DNA of 64,000 nt. Origin: Trueperaceae bacterium (GTDB lineage Bacteria > Deinococcota > Deinococci > Deinococcales > Trueperaceae). Each line of letters opens with the position of its first letter. Position 1 is the first letter of the stretch. The translations under genes and the position numbers were made by a program. A model generated the notes under the pieces. It was not told the DNA's origin, searched no databases, and was given only the letters and a program-made list of their open reading frames with translations. Positions 33,231 to 49,272 of this stretch are shown piece after piece. The stretch spans positions 768,001-832,000 of the forward strand of contig JAXHLW010000013.1 of assembly GCA_034521815.1 (NCBI GenBank), in the 5' to 3' direction.

Positions 33231-34817
33231 ATGGCGCGCATCGAGATCTACGACACCACCCTCCGTGACGGCACCCAGGGGCAGGGATTCACCCTCACCA
33301 GCGCCGACAAGATCGCGATCGCCAAACGGCTGGACGCGTTCGGCATCGATCTGATCGAGGGCGGCTGGCCCGGCTCCAACCCGAAGGACGTCGAGTTCTT
33401 CGCGCGGATGCGGGACGTGCCCCTGGAGCGCGCGCGACTCGCGGCGTTCGGGAGCACGCGGCACCGGGGCAAGACGGCCGAGGACGACCCCAACCTAGCA
33501 GCGCTCCTGGCGGCCGACACGCCGGTCGTGACGCTGTTCGGCAAGTCGTGGACGCTGCACGTCACCGAGGCGCTGGGCGCGACGCTGGAGCAGAACCTCG
33601 AGATGATTCGCGACTCGGTCGCCTGGATGGTCGCCCAAGGACGCGAGGTCGTGTACGACGCCGAGCACTTCTACGACGGCTGGCGCGCCGACCCAGGCTA
33701 CGCCTTCGCGACCTTGGCCGCGGCCGCCGAAGGGGGCGCGTCGCGGCTGGTGCTGTGCGACACGAACGGCGGCACCCTGCCCGGCCGGATCGCGCAGGGG
33801 GTCGTAGCGGCGCGCGAGGCGTTCGACCTGCCGATCGGCATCCACGCCCACAACGACGCCGAGCTGGGCGTCGCGAACTCGCTGGCCGCCGTCGAGGCGG
33901 GCGCCGTCCACGTGCAGGGCACGATCAACGGCTACGGCGAGCGGTGCGGCAACGCCAACCTGGTCTCGATCCTGCCCAACCTGGCGCTGAAGCTGGGGTT
34001 CGACCAGCCGCAGCGCCTGGACCATCTCCGCGAGCTGGCTCGCTACGTCGACGAGCGCGCGAACCTGCAGCCGAACCTGCGGGCGCCGTACGTCGGGGAC
34101 GCCGCGTTCGCCCACAAAGGCGGCGTGCACGTCTCGGCCGTCGCCAAGCGTCCCGACACCTACGAGCACGTCACGCCGGACACGGTCGGCAACGAGCGCC
34201 GCATCCTGATCTCGGACCTGTCCGGCCGCGCGAACGTGCAGGCCATGGGCGACGGCAGCGTCGCGTCCGGCGACGGCGGGCGCGACGTGGTGACGCGGCT
34301 GAAGGAGCTCGAGCACCGCGGCTACGCGTTCGAAGGGGCCGAAGCGTCGTTCCGCCTGATGGCCGCCAAGGTCCGCGGCGAGCACCGCCCGTACTTCACG
34401 CTCCACGGCTTCACGGTGGTGATCGACAAGCGCGAGGAGGACCGGCAGCCACACGCCGAGGCGTCGATCAAGGTCGAGGTCGGCGGCGTGATGGAGCACA
34501 CGGCGGCGGACGGCGACGGTCCGGTGAACGCCCTCGATCGGGCGCTGGGCAAGGCGCTGACGCGGTTCTACCCCGAGGTTCGCGAGCTGGAGCTGGTGGA
34601 CTACAAGGTGCGCGTGCTGAGCGGCGACGAGTCGGGCACGGCCAGCGTGATCCGGGTCCAGATCGAGTACAGCGACGGTCGCGAGACCTGGGGCACCGTG
34701 GGCGCCAGCACCGACATCATCCACGCCTCGTACGAGGCGCTCATCGACGCGATCGAGTACAAGCTCGTCAAGGACCGGGTCGTCCCGAAGGGCGACGACA
34801 CGGTCGCGTCCGCCTGA
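33231..34817 (+). CDS. cimA: citramalate synthase
   Basis: YDTTLRDGTQG, GGWPGSNPKD, YDAEHFYDG, AFAHKGGVH, DYKVRVL, WGTVG. Confidence 0.9.
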   Translation: MARIEIYDTTLRDGTQGQGFTLTSADKIAIAKRLDAFGIDLIEGGWPGSNPKDVEFFARMRDVPLERARLAAFGSTRHRGKTAEDDPNLAALLAADTPVVTLFGKSWTLHVTEALGATLEQNLEMIRDSVAWMVAQGREVVYDAEHFYDGWRADPGYAFATLAAAAEGGASRLVLCDTNGGTLPGRIAQGVVAAREAFDLPIGIHAHNDAELGVANSLAAVEAGAVHVQGTINGYGERCGNANLVSILPNLALKLGFDQPQRLDHLRELARYVDERANLQPNLRAPYVGDAAFAHKGGVHVSAVAKRPDTYEHVTPDTVGNERRILISDLSGRANVQAMGDGSVASGDGGRDVVTRLKELEHRGYAFEGAEASFRLMAAKVRGEHRPYFTLHGFTVVIDKREEDRQPHAEASIKVEVGGVMEHTAADGDGPVNALDRALGKALTRFYPEVRELELVDYKVRVLSGDESGTASVIRVQIEYSDGRETWGTVGASTDIIHASYEALIDAIEYKLVKDRVVPKGDDTVASA

Positions 34818-35014
34818 GGTCGTCGGCGCTCACGGCCGCGCGGTCGGCGGCGTCGCCTCCTGCGGCCGTCGACGCCACGGCGCGGATCCGATCGCGCCGC
34901 CCGGACGGCCCGGTCATCGTGGCGACCGTGCTTCGAACCTGAACTCGCGTATCCGATTCGCCTTCGGATCGGTTGGAACCACGTCACGCACGAGGTTCGC
35001 AGGCGTACGTTCGA

Positions 35015-35044
35015 TTGACACCCCACCTCCGCGAGCGATACCAT
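35015..35044 (+). promoter_or_regulatory. sigma70-type promoter of gltB
   Basis: TTGACA-18 nt-TACCAT, about 135 nt upstream of the start. Confidence 0.65.
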
Positions 35045-35183
35045 TCCCGTCACGTCCGCGTCTCGCGGTCCGGCCCCTGCTCCAACGCGCGCAGCGCCGC
35101 CAGCCCCCGCCAGCCTCCCGCCCGAGCGCGTGGGACGCCGGGGCGACCCCCTCGATTCACGACACCGGAGGCATCCCTTGCCC

Positions 35184-39746
<4,563 letters not shown>

Positions 39747-39788
39747 CCGGCGTGCGCTAGCGGAGGCGCCCGGCGACGGGGCGCTCGC

Positions 39789-41642
<1,854 letters not shown>

Positions 41643-41645
41643 CGC

Positions 41646-41864
41646 TCAGCGTTCTTGTTCTTCGTCGAGGCCGTTCAGCAGGCGGGGGTCGAGCTTGCCG
41701 TCTTCGACCGCCTTGTTGAGCATCTCGATGCCCAGCCGGACCACCTCGGATTTCGAGACCAGGCGCTCGGGGTTGGACAGCTGGTAGGCCGTCTTGGTGA
41801 GGAGCGAGTCCTGCTCCTCGCTGATGACGACCTGGAGTCGCTTGCTCTTTTCGCGTTTGGGCAC
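41646..41864 (-). CDS. small ribbon-helix-helix-like regulator
   Basis: KRLQVVISEEQ..LL....SKSEVVRLGI pattern; GAGGAGG SD before GTG 41864. Confidence 0.75.
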   Translation of the reverse strand: MPKREKSKRLQVVISEEQDSLLTKTAYQLSNPERLVSKSEVVRLGIEMLNKAVEDGKLDPRLLNGLDEEQER

Positions 41865-41894
41865 GGCGCCTCCTCGGTACGAACGATGAAGAGG

Positions 41895-41946
41895 ATCGTA
41901 CCATCCGTCACATCTGATTGACAATACTACTAGCCCTCGTTATGCT
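41895..41946. promoter_or_regulatory. overlapping divergent promoters (murA on +, RHH-kinase on -)
   Basis: + strand TTGACA(41918)-17-TATGCT(41941); - strand TTGTCA(41924-41919)-18-TACGAT(41900-41895) with an extended TG. Confidence 0.75.
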
Positions 41947-41958
41947 TCTTGTGCGTAT

Positions 41959-41977
41959 CGTGTGTATATCACACACG
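41959..41977. promoter_or_regulatory. palindromic operator candidate
   Basis: CGTGTGT-atatc-ACACACG, perfect 7-5-7. Confidence 0.55.
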
Positions 41978-42074
41978 TCAGCACGATCGCGATTCGATCG
42001 TCGCGACCGTGCGATCCACGACCGAGCGATCCCGATGATCGCGCTTCGACCCGCGTCCACGAGGTGGCCCACGC

Positions 42075-43373
42075 ATGAACGTACCCGACGACGCCCTCCG
42101 GATCGATGGCGGCCGCCCGCTGGACGGCCACGCGCGCGTCCAGAGCGCGAAGAACTCGGCCCTCTATCTCATCCTCGCGTCGCTACTGACCGAAGAGGAG
42201 CTGGTTCTCCGCAACGTGCCACGCCTCAGCGACGTGCTCGTGGGCCTCGAGATCCTGGCTCACGTCGGCGTCGAGGTGCGTTGGGACGGCCCCGACCTGC
42301 GGCTTCACGCCGCACGGGTCGACCGCTCCGACGCGCCGTTCCGACTGGTCCGCAAGATGCGCGCCAGCTTCGTGGCGATGGGCGCGCTGCTGGCACGCAC
42401 CGGAACCGCGCGCATCGGCGTTCCGGGCGGCTGCGCGTTCGGTCCCCGTCCGGTGGACCGGCATATCGCAGCGTTCGAGGCGCTCGGCGTCACCGTCGGC
42501 GACGTCGACGGCGATTTCGTCGCCGAGCGGCACGGCCCGCTCGAGGGGCACGTGGTGTTCGAGGCGCCCACCGTCGGCGGCACGCAGAACGTGCTTCTGG
42601 CGACCGCGCTCGGGAGTCGACGCGTCGTGATCGAGAACGCGGCCCTGGAGCCCGAAGTGGCCGACCTGATCGACTTGCTGAACGCCATGGGCGCACGCAT
42701 CCGCGGCGCGGGAACGGGCGTGCTCAGCATCGAAGGCGTCGAGCGGCTCCACGGCACCACCTTCACGCCGATCCCCGATCGGATCGAAGCGGGCACGCTG
42801 CTGCTGGCCGCCGCCGCCACACGCGGCGCCGTTCGCCTGGACAACGTACGCACGTCGCACCTCGCCGCCGTCGCAGGCGCGCTTCGCGCGACCGGCGTCT
42901 GGATCGAGGAGGAGGACGACACGATCTCCCTCGACGCTGCCGGGCCCCTCCGCGCGATCGACGTCGTCGCGACCCCGTACCCGGGACTCCCGACCGACCT
43001 TCAGGCGCCGTTCGGCGCGTACCTCGCGACCCTGCCCGGACGGGCCACGGTGCGCGACGAGGTGTACCCCGACCGGTTCACGCACGTCGACGAGCTTCGC
43101 AAGATGGGCGCGCGCCTGACCCTCGACGATCGTGCGCTGCAGATCGAGGGCGGAGAGCTTCACGGCGCCGAGATCCACGCCGCCGACATCCGTGCCGGCG
43201 GAGCGCTCGTCGTCGCCGCCCTCGCGGCCCGCGGCAGCTCGCTGCTGACCGGCGTCGAGTTCCTCGACCGCGGCTACCAGAATCTGTCGCCGCGTCTCCG
43301 CGCCCTCGGGGCGCGTGTCGAGCGGACCGGCGCCGTGCCGACGCCCGATCCGATGTTCGTTTCGGTCGGCTGA
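42075..43373 (+). CDS. murA: UDP-N-acetylglucosamine 1-carboxyvinyltransferase
   Basis: AKNS, KMRAS, PGGCAFGPRPVDRH (active-site Cys present), DRIEAGT, DRGY. Confidence 0.96.
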   Translation: MNVPDDALRIDGGRPLDGHARVQSAKNSALYLILASLLTEEELVLRNVPRLSDVLVGLEILAHVGVEVRWDGPDLRLHAARVDRSDAPFRLVRKMRASFVAMGALLARTGTARIGVPGGCAFGPRPVDRHIAAFEALGVTVGDVDGDFVAERHGPLEGHVVFEAPTVGGTQNVLLATALGSRRVVIENAALEPEVADLIDLLNAMGARIRGAGTGVLSIEGVERLHGTTFTPIPDRIEAGTLLLAAAATRGAVRLDNVRTSHLAAVAGALRATGVWIEEEDDTISLDAAGPLRAIDVVATPYPGLPTDLQAPFGAYLATLPGRATVRDEVYPDRFTHVDELRKMGARLTLDDRALQIEGGELHGAEIHAADIRAGGALVVAALAARGSSLLTGVEFLDRGYQNLSPRLRALGARVERTGAVPTPDPMFVSVG

Positions 43374-43461
43374 GCCTCGGTCTGCTCGGTCCATTCGACG
43401 CCTTTCGAGGTTGCGTAGCGACGCGGCTGACTATGCGACGCCGTCGCCTCGCTCGTCGACC

Positions 43462-45018
43462 TCAGCCCGAGACGCGCACCGTCGCGCGATCGTGCCCATC
43501 GGCACCGTCGGGAAGCGGTCGCGTCGGCTCCGCCGTCTGCACGACGCCCTCCCCGTCGGTCGCCCGTACCCGCACGTCGAACCGTGTGGCGTCGGTCTCG
43601 AGCACGGCGGCCCAGCGAACCCATGACAGATCGTTCGGGGCCGGCTCGACCTCGGCCGCGAGCCAGCGATCGCCGCCGTCCAACGACACCTCGACCGAGC
43701 GGATCCCGCGCAGCCCGGCGAACGCCACGCCACCGACCGCCACGCGGCCGTCGTCGAGCTGCACCGCGACGTCGGTGTCGATCCGGCTCATCGTCTTGAC
43801 GATCGCTTCGTCGCTCCAACCCCGCGTCTGCCAGTACCCCAGGTAATCGTCGGCGACCAGCTCGATCTCCTCGACCCACTTGACGTTCTTCATCCCGTAG
43901 ATCCCCGGCACCAGCACCCGCGCGGGGAACCCGTGCGCCGAGGTGAGGGGCTCGCCGTTCTGAAGGTAGGCGACGATCGTGCCCTCCCGCATCGCCGCGT
44001 CCAGGGGGAACGAGTCGGTGTAGTTGTCGGCCGCGGCGAGGACCAGCTCGCGCGCGCCGGATCGCGGACCGGCCAGGTCCAGCAGATCGGCCAGCCGCAC
44101 GCCGGTCCACTCGCTGGTCCCGATCAGGTCGCCGCCCACCGGATTCGAGACGCAGATGAGCGTACTGGGCCGGGTCACCGACGGTAGCGCCCGGAGGTCG
44201 TCCAACGTCAGCTCCAGCGGCCGGTCCACCTCGCCCGCGATCCGGAGCGACCAGTCCCTCTGCTGGACGTTCGGATCGAACAGGTTCTTCGAGACGACGT
44301 AGTGGTCGCCTGCGGGCGTGATGCGGGGTGGCAGGCCGATCAGCCTGCTGAACAGGTCGCCGATCTCCTGAGCTCGCGCCAGGAGCCAGCGACCGCCCGC
44401 CGCCGACCCGGCGACGAGCACGAGCCCCGTGCGCGCGATCAGCGCGCTCGCACCGCGACGCGCCTCGTTCACGGCGGCCAGTGGGCCGCCCGTCGCGCCG
44501 ATCGCAGCGAAGACAGCGCTGGACGCCGCAGCCGCAAGATGGAGCAGGAGCGGGTCCCACGCCCGATTGGCGGGGGAGAGACCGAACCAGCCGAGTCCCT
44601 GCAATGGCAGCAGCACCAGTCCAGGCAACGCGACGCCGACCGTCGTGACGAGAGCCACGACGGGCAGAACACCCAGGCGCGACGCCCACGGCCGCAGTCG
44701 CCGCGCGATCAGCCAGGCCACCGCCGCCCAGCCCAGCACGACGACGCCGAACAGCCCCGGCTTGGCCAGCCGGTCGAGTCCGAACGGGAGCGCGTGCACG
44801 AGATTGAACACCACCGGGATGCCCAACAGGCGAGCGATCCCCTCGAAGGCGACCTCGGGCACCGAAACGACCGAGAAGCCGACCCGCGCGACGGCCATCA
44901 CCAGCACCGAGGCCGCCAAGGCCACCGCGGCGCGCGGCCACGGCGTGAGCCCTGATCGTCCGGGTCGGTGCTGCGGTACAGGCTCTTGCGGCGATGTGAT
45001 CGAGTCGTTCGAGCGCAT
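43462..45018 (-). CDS. membrane-anchored sulfite-oxidase-family molybdopterin oxidoreductase
   Basis: N-terminal TM helices; TLICVSN.VGG.LIG, HGFPARVLVPG.YG.KNVKW, GYWQ.RGW; GGAGG SD. Confidence 0.9.
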   Translation of the reverse strand: MRSNDSITSPQEPVPQHRPGRSGLTPWPRAAVALAASVLVMAVARVGFSVVSVPEVAFEGIARLLGIPVVFNLVHALPFGLDRLAKPGLFGVVVLGWAAVAWLIARRLRPWASRLGVLPVVALVTTVGVALPGLVLLPLQGLGWFGLSPANRAWDPLLLHLAAAASSAVFAAIGATGGPLAAVNEARRGASALIARTGLVLVAGSAAGGRWLLARAQEIGDLFSRLIGLPPRITPAGDHYVVSKNLFDPNVQQRDWSLRIAGEVDRPLELTLDDLRALPSVTRPSTLICVSNPVGGDLIGTSEWTGVRLADLLDLAGPRSGARELVLAAADNYTDSFPLDAAMREGTIVAYLQNGEPLTSAHGFPARVLVPGIYGMKNVKWVEEIELVADDYLGYWQTRGWSDEAIVKTMSRIDTDVAVQLDDGRVAVGGVAFAGLRGIRSVEVSLDGGDRWLAAEVEPAPNDLSWVRWAAVLETDATRFDVRVRATDGEGVVQTAEPTRPLPDGADGHDRATVRVSG

Positions 45019-45081
45019 GGCGACCTCCGAAGGCGAGTATGCGGACTGAACGTTCACGGGCGCATCACGCCCGCGCACGCC

Positions 45082-46359
45082 TCACGATGCCCCGTCGCCC
45101 CGACCCGTGCTGGATCGAGGATCACCGTCGCGATCCACGTCGTCCGCGCCCACCTCGCCGGCGTCGTCTGGAGCGTCGTCCGTAACGTCGCCTGGAGCGT
45201 CGTGTGGAGCGTCGCCCTCGTCGGTGTCGATCAGGTCGTCGGTGCCGATCGGCGCGTCGGCGGCGCCCGTGTCGATCGAGCCGGCATCGTCGTCCCCGCT
45301 CGGGCGTTCTTCCTCGGACGGGTCGGCGGCACCCTCGGAGTCGGTCTCCGACCACCAGCCGTCGCTCGCCGCCCAGATCGTCGGCAGCACCAGCTCGGCG
45401 CCGGCACGGCCAGAGGCTGAAGACGGCGGCTGCGCCGAGGGCGCGTCGCCTCGCGAGTCGCTGCTACCCGCGTCTGCGGGCGTGTCTGCGGGCGTGTCTG
45501 CGCTCATGTCGGCGTCCGTGTCTGCGCCCGTCTCGGGACCGGCGACAGCCTCGGCCGAGTCGTCGGGAACGGGGCTCGGCCGCATGGCGTCGCCCTCGGA
45601 CGTCGCCGGCGTTTGGACGGGCGGCGGCACCCGACGTCGCAGCCATAGACCCGCGATCGCCACCGCCAACCCGGCCGCCATCGCGATCAGCCAGCCGATC
45701 GCGGTGTCGCCTCGTGACGAGCTCGGCAGCGTGAAGGCCTGCAACGCGGCGCGCTGGGTCTCGTCGTCCTCGGCCAACAGGTCCACGACCGGCGGAACGA
45801 CGGACTCGCTCGCGAACGCCCACGGTGACGCGCTGTCCGCGAGCGGTCTCCAGCCGTCGATCGAGAACGGATCGTACACGCCGGTGAGGGCGTGGATCTC
45901 GACCAGCTCGGCGGGCGCCGGGACAGGGACCTCGATACGCAGCACGTCGTCGGCCCGGACCACCGTCACGGGGCGTGGAGCGCCGTCCGGATCGTCGGCC
46001 AGCACCGCGTAGGCGTCGTCGCCGTGGACGCGAATCGCGATCTCCCAGCCGCGGCCGGGCGGCATGCGCATGTCGGGGCCGGGGAGGAGCTCCTCCCTGC
46101 CTCCCTCGCCGGTATCGAGGTACACGTCGACGATCGGTAGCGTCAGGCCGTTGGGCAAGCCCCCAGGGTCGGGAATCTCGCCCAAGCGCACCCGCAGCAC
46201 GAGCAGGGGCTCGTCGACGACCTCGACGGCGACCAGGTCGAACGGGCCGAGGGACGAGTAGACCTGGGCGGTCGGTGGAATCAGGTCGCCCGCACCGTGC
46301 GCGTCGCCGCTCGGATCGAGCCTGAGCAGCGACGCCAGGACCAGCAGCTCCGCGATCAC
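45082..46359 (-). CDS. glucodextranase DOMON-like domain protein with a TM anchor and an acidic low-complexity tail
   Basis: DP.GD..G.G....PT, FDL, PNG.TLPIVDVYLD motifs; TM IGWLIAMAAGLAVAIAGLWLRRR; GTG overlaps the yvcK stop. Confidence 0.65.
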   Translation of the reverse strand: MIAELLVLASLLRLDPSGDAHGAGDLIPPTAQVYSSLGPFDLVAVEVVDEPLLVLRVRLGEIPDPGGLPNGLTLPIVDVYLDTGEGGREELLPGPDMRMPPGRGWEIAIRVHGDDAYAVLADDPDGAPRPVTVVRADDVLRIEVPVPAPAELVEIHALTGVYDPFSIDGWRPLADSASPWAFASESVVPPVVDLLAEDDETQRAALQAFTLPSSSRGDTAIGWLIAMAAGLAVAIAGLWLRRRVPPPVQTPATSEGDAMRPSPVPDDSAEAVAGPETGADTDADMSADTPADTPADAGSSDSRGDAPSAQPPSSASGRAGAELVLPTIWAASDGWWSETDSEGAADPSEEERPSGDDDAGSIDTGAADAPIGTDDLIDTDEGDAPHDAPGDVTDDAPDDAGEVGADDVDRDGDPRSSTGRGDGAS

Positions 46360-47711
46360 GCCAACGCCTTGCCGGCCTTGGCGGCCATGGCCAGGCTGGT
46401 CAGCTCCTCGGCAAGACGGACCGGGTCGTGCTGGGCGTACGGACCGTCGACGAGGAGGGGCGCCGCACGCAGCGCGACACCCTGATCCGCGAAGTCCGAA
46501 GCGACCACGGCGACCTCTTCGGCGCCCTCCTCGCGGTACGAGGCCCGTCGCGCCTCGTCGATCGGCCGATCGTTCACGAGCACGAGGTCGGGCCAACGCC
46601 CGAGGTGGTCGTGGACGGCGCGGGCGTGCCCCATGGCGTCCAGTCCGTCGGTCTCGCCCACCTCGGTCATGATGTTGCACACGTACACCAGCGGTGCGGC
46701 GCTCCGCGCGATGGCCTGCCGGACATCGGGTACGAGCAGCGGAGCGATCACCGAGGTGAACAGGCTGCCGGGCCCGAGCACCACCAGATCGGCGCTGCGC
46801 ACGGCGAGCACGACCTCGGGAAGCGCCACCGCGTCGCTCGGCTCGAGCTCCAGGCGACGAACGGCGCCCGGCGTCTCCCGCAGCCGGCTCTCGCCCGAGA
46901 CGCGCACACCGTCCTGCTTCGTGGCGATCAGCGACACGGGCTCCGCGGTGACGGGCCACACGGCACCCGACAGGTTCAGCAGCCGGTTCAACACCCGCGT
47001 GGCCCGGCCGATGTCGCCCTCCACCTCGCTCAGGGTCGTGATCAGCAGGTTTCCGAAGGTGTGGCCCTCGAGCTCCTCGCCTCGCACGAAGCGGTACCCC
47101 ATCAGCCGGCCGACCTCGACCTCGTGATCCGACAGCGCCGCCAGGCAGTCCGACAGGTCGCCGGGGGAGGGCATGCCGAACGCGCGACGGAGTCGGCCCG
47201 ACGATCCGCCGTCGTCGGCGACCGTCACCACCGCGGTCAGGTTGCTGCTCGCCTGACGGAGGCCGCGCAGCAGGGTCGACAGGCCCGTGCCGCCACCGAA
47301 CCCCACGATCTTCGGTCCCCTCGAGAGCGACAGTCTGCGGTGCAGCAGCATCGCCGCGTCCAACGGCCGCGGCATCCAGTTCGACAGCAGCGACCGGTTC
47401 AGGCGCGCGATCGCGTCGACGGACAGCCACACGCCCGCAGCGAACGCCAGCAGCGAGACCCAGCCTCCCAGCGCTCGCCACGGTCCGCTGACCAGCAGCT
47501 CCTCGACCGGAGCGGACAACGCCGCCCGCGTGTCCGCGAGGAGCCACAGCGCCCCCGCGCCCGCTCCGATGATCGCGATCAATCCACCGAGCACCGCGAG
47601 CGAGACGTGCCGCTTGACGCCCATCCCGGGTGCGAGCCAGAGCCTGAGCCGCGCCAGAGGCCCACCGTGGTGAAGCACGTCCTCCGGGGTCGGCCGGTCG
47701 CCCCGAATCAC
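46356..47711 (-). CDS. YvcK/GlmR (CofD-related) protein with N-terminal TM helices
   Basis: GGGTGL, VTVADDGGSSG, GHTFGNL, GPGSLFTS, HDP. Confidence 0.92.
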   Translation of the reverse strand: MIRGDRPTPEDVLHHGGPLARLRLWLAPGMGVKRHVSLAVLGGLIAIIGAGAGALWLLADTRAALSAPVEELLVSGPWRALGGWVSLLAFAAGVWLSVDAIARLNRSLLSNWMPRPLDAAMLLHRRLSLSRGPKIVGFGGGTGLSTLLRGLRQASSNLTAVVTVADDGGSSGRLRRAFGMPSPGDLSDCLAALSDHEVEVGRLMGYRFVRGEELEGHTFGNLLITTLSEVEGDIGRATRVLNRLLNLSGAVWPVTAEPVSLIATKQDGVRVSGESRLRETPGAVRRLELEPSDAVALPEVVLAVRSADLVVLGPGSLFTSVIAPLLVPDVRQAIARSAAPLVYVCNIMTEVGETDGLDAMGHARAVHDHLGRWPDLVLVNDRPIDEARRASYREEGAEEVAVVASDFADQGVALRAAPLLVDGPYAQHDPVRLAEELTSLAMAAKAGKALA

Positions 47712-48595
47712 GGGCGCTCGCTCGGCCCGTCGGCGTCGGCCTCCGCATCCTTTCGGTGCTCCGCGAGGGCGTCGGCCAGATCCCGGTGGCTCGCCTCGAC
47801 CGCGAACGCGTCGGCCAGGTCGTGCGCGAGCCTCTCGACGACGGCGACCGAGCGATGCTGGCCGCCGGTGCAGCCGATCGCGACGGCGTACCCGCCCCGT
47901 CCCGACCGTCGCCCCGCTTCGGCGAGATCGCGCGTCATGGCGCGGAGGGGCGCGTACGCCTCGTGCCCTCCGTGGGCGAACACGTGCGATTGCACGCGCG
48001 GGTCGGTGCCCGGCAGCGGACGAAGCACGTCGTCGTAGAACGGGTTCCGCATGCCGCGCACGTCCAGCACGGCGTCCACGTCGGTCGGCACGCCGCGCTT
48101 GTAGCCGAACGACACCAGCCTCAGCTGGAACCGGTCGTCGCCCGACAGCCGCTGCATGCGCGTCCGCAAGTCCCGCTCGGTCAGCGTCGTCGTGTCGACC
48201 ACCACGTCGGCGTGCGACCTGAGCAGCTCAAGCGAGTCGCGCTCGGCGGCGAGGTCCTCGCCCAGCGCTCCGCGCTGAAGCGGGTGCGTCCGTCGCGTGA
48301 ACGAGAACCGTCGGACCAGCGTCTCGTCGCGAGCGTCCAGGAACACGACCTGTGGCGTGAAGCCGGCGCGATGAAGATCCTCGAGCGCCGCGGGCGCGGC
48401 ACCCAGGAACGCCGCGCCCCGCACGTCGATCCCGATCGCGAGGGCTTCGTGGCCGGCCTCGTGAACGGTCGTCGCGAGGGTCGGCCAGAGACGCGGGGGG
48501 AGGTTGTCCACCGCCAAGAAGCCGGCGTCCTCGAGCGCGTGCAGCGCAGTGGTCTTGCCGGCCCCGCTCATCCCCGTCAGGATCACGACCCTCAT
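47708..48595 (-). CDS. rapZ: RapZ/YvcJ P-loop protein
   Basis: TGMSGAGKT, DNLP, TRRTHPL, SFGYK.G, NPFY, GCTGGQHRSV. Confidence 0.94.
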   Translation of the reverse strand: MRVVILTGMSGAGKTTALHALEDAGFLAVDNLPPRLWPTLATTVHEAGHEALAIGIDVRGAAFLGAAPAALEDLHRAGFTPQVVFLDARDETLVRRFSFTRRTHPLQRGALGEDLAAERDSLELLRSHADVVVDTTTLTERDLRTRMQRLSGDDRFQLRLVSFGYKRGVPTDVDAVLDVRGMRNPFYDDVLRPLPGTDPRVQSHVFAHGGHEAYAPLRAMTRDLAEAGRRSGRGGYAVAIGCTGGQHRSVAVVERLAHDLADAFAVEASHRDLADALAEHRKDAEADADGPSERP

Positions 48596-49272
48596 GACGC
48601 GTCGTCCGGACCCGCCGGCGTCAGTCGACACGACGCGACGACCCCGTCGTGCTCGACGATCGCCGCGCCGTCGACCTCGGCGAGCAGGGTGCCGTGACAG
48701 AGCAGCAGGTCGGCGCCCGCCGTGCCGCGCAGCGCGACGAACGGCCACGGGGTGCCGCGCGCCTGCACGACGGCGCTGCCGTCGTCGCGTCGCGTGGTGA
48801 CCGCGTCGGTGGCGGGCGCCTGGAGAAGCTGCCAGCGACCGCTCTGGTAGCGGACGACGCCAGGAACACCGGCGACCTCGACATCGAACGAGGCGACGCC
48901 TGGACCGCGCTGCCGCCATTCGCCGGGTGCGACGAAGCCGATCTCCCGCTCCAGGCACCCCTCGGTCGGCGCTCCCGGCGTCCGCTCGACCGCCACCGCC
49001 TCACGCACGGCCCAGCCTGCGAGCAGGGTCGCGAACACCTCGGCGTCGGCGCGTTCGTGGAAGCAGCCGACGCGGACGCGCACGTACTGCAAGCCGCGCG
49101 ACATCGTGTACTCCGTGTAGGCGTCGAACCCGAGGCGACCGAGGTCCGCGGCGACCGACCGGGCCGCGCGAAGGTCGCGGATCGCGAGGGTCTGGACCGT
49201 CCAGCTCTCGGCCGCCGCCCATCCGGCCAGCACGACCAGCATGATCGAGAGCCGTTGCGCGACGAAGGTCAC
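48592..49272 (-). CDS. hypothetical exported protein with a SPOR-like domain
   Basis: signal-like N terminus; WTVQ...A.....L...GF.AY......RVRVG.F....A pattern. Confidence 0.6.
   Translation of the reverse strand: MTFVAQRLSIMLVVLAGWAAAESWTVQTLAIRDLRAARSVAADLGRLGFDAYTEYTMSRGLQYVRVRVGCFHERADAEVFATLLAGWAVREAVAVERTPGAPTEGCLEREIGFVAPGEWRQRGPGVASFDVEVAGVPGVVRYQSGRWQLLQAPATDAVTTRRDDGSAVVQARGTPWPFVALRGTAGADLLLCHGTLLAEVDGAAIVEHDGVVASCRLTPAGPDDAS

Noticed and set aside
34930-35180. Glutamine riboswitch upstream of gltB
   Set aside because: Some pairing potential exists (CGAACCT/AGGTTCG; GCCTCC versus the SD), but I recognise no glnA-motif consensus and the main stem lies upstream of the promoter.
41939-41959. 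Radiation/desiccation response motif (RDRM) here or before dinB
   Set aside because: Half-site spacing is 7 nt here and 6 nt at dinB, rather than the 5 nt of the 17-bp palindrome.
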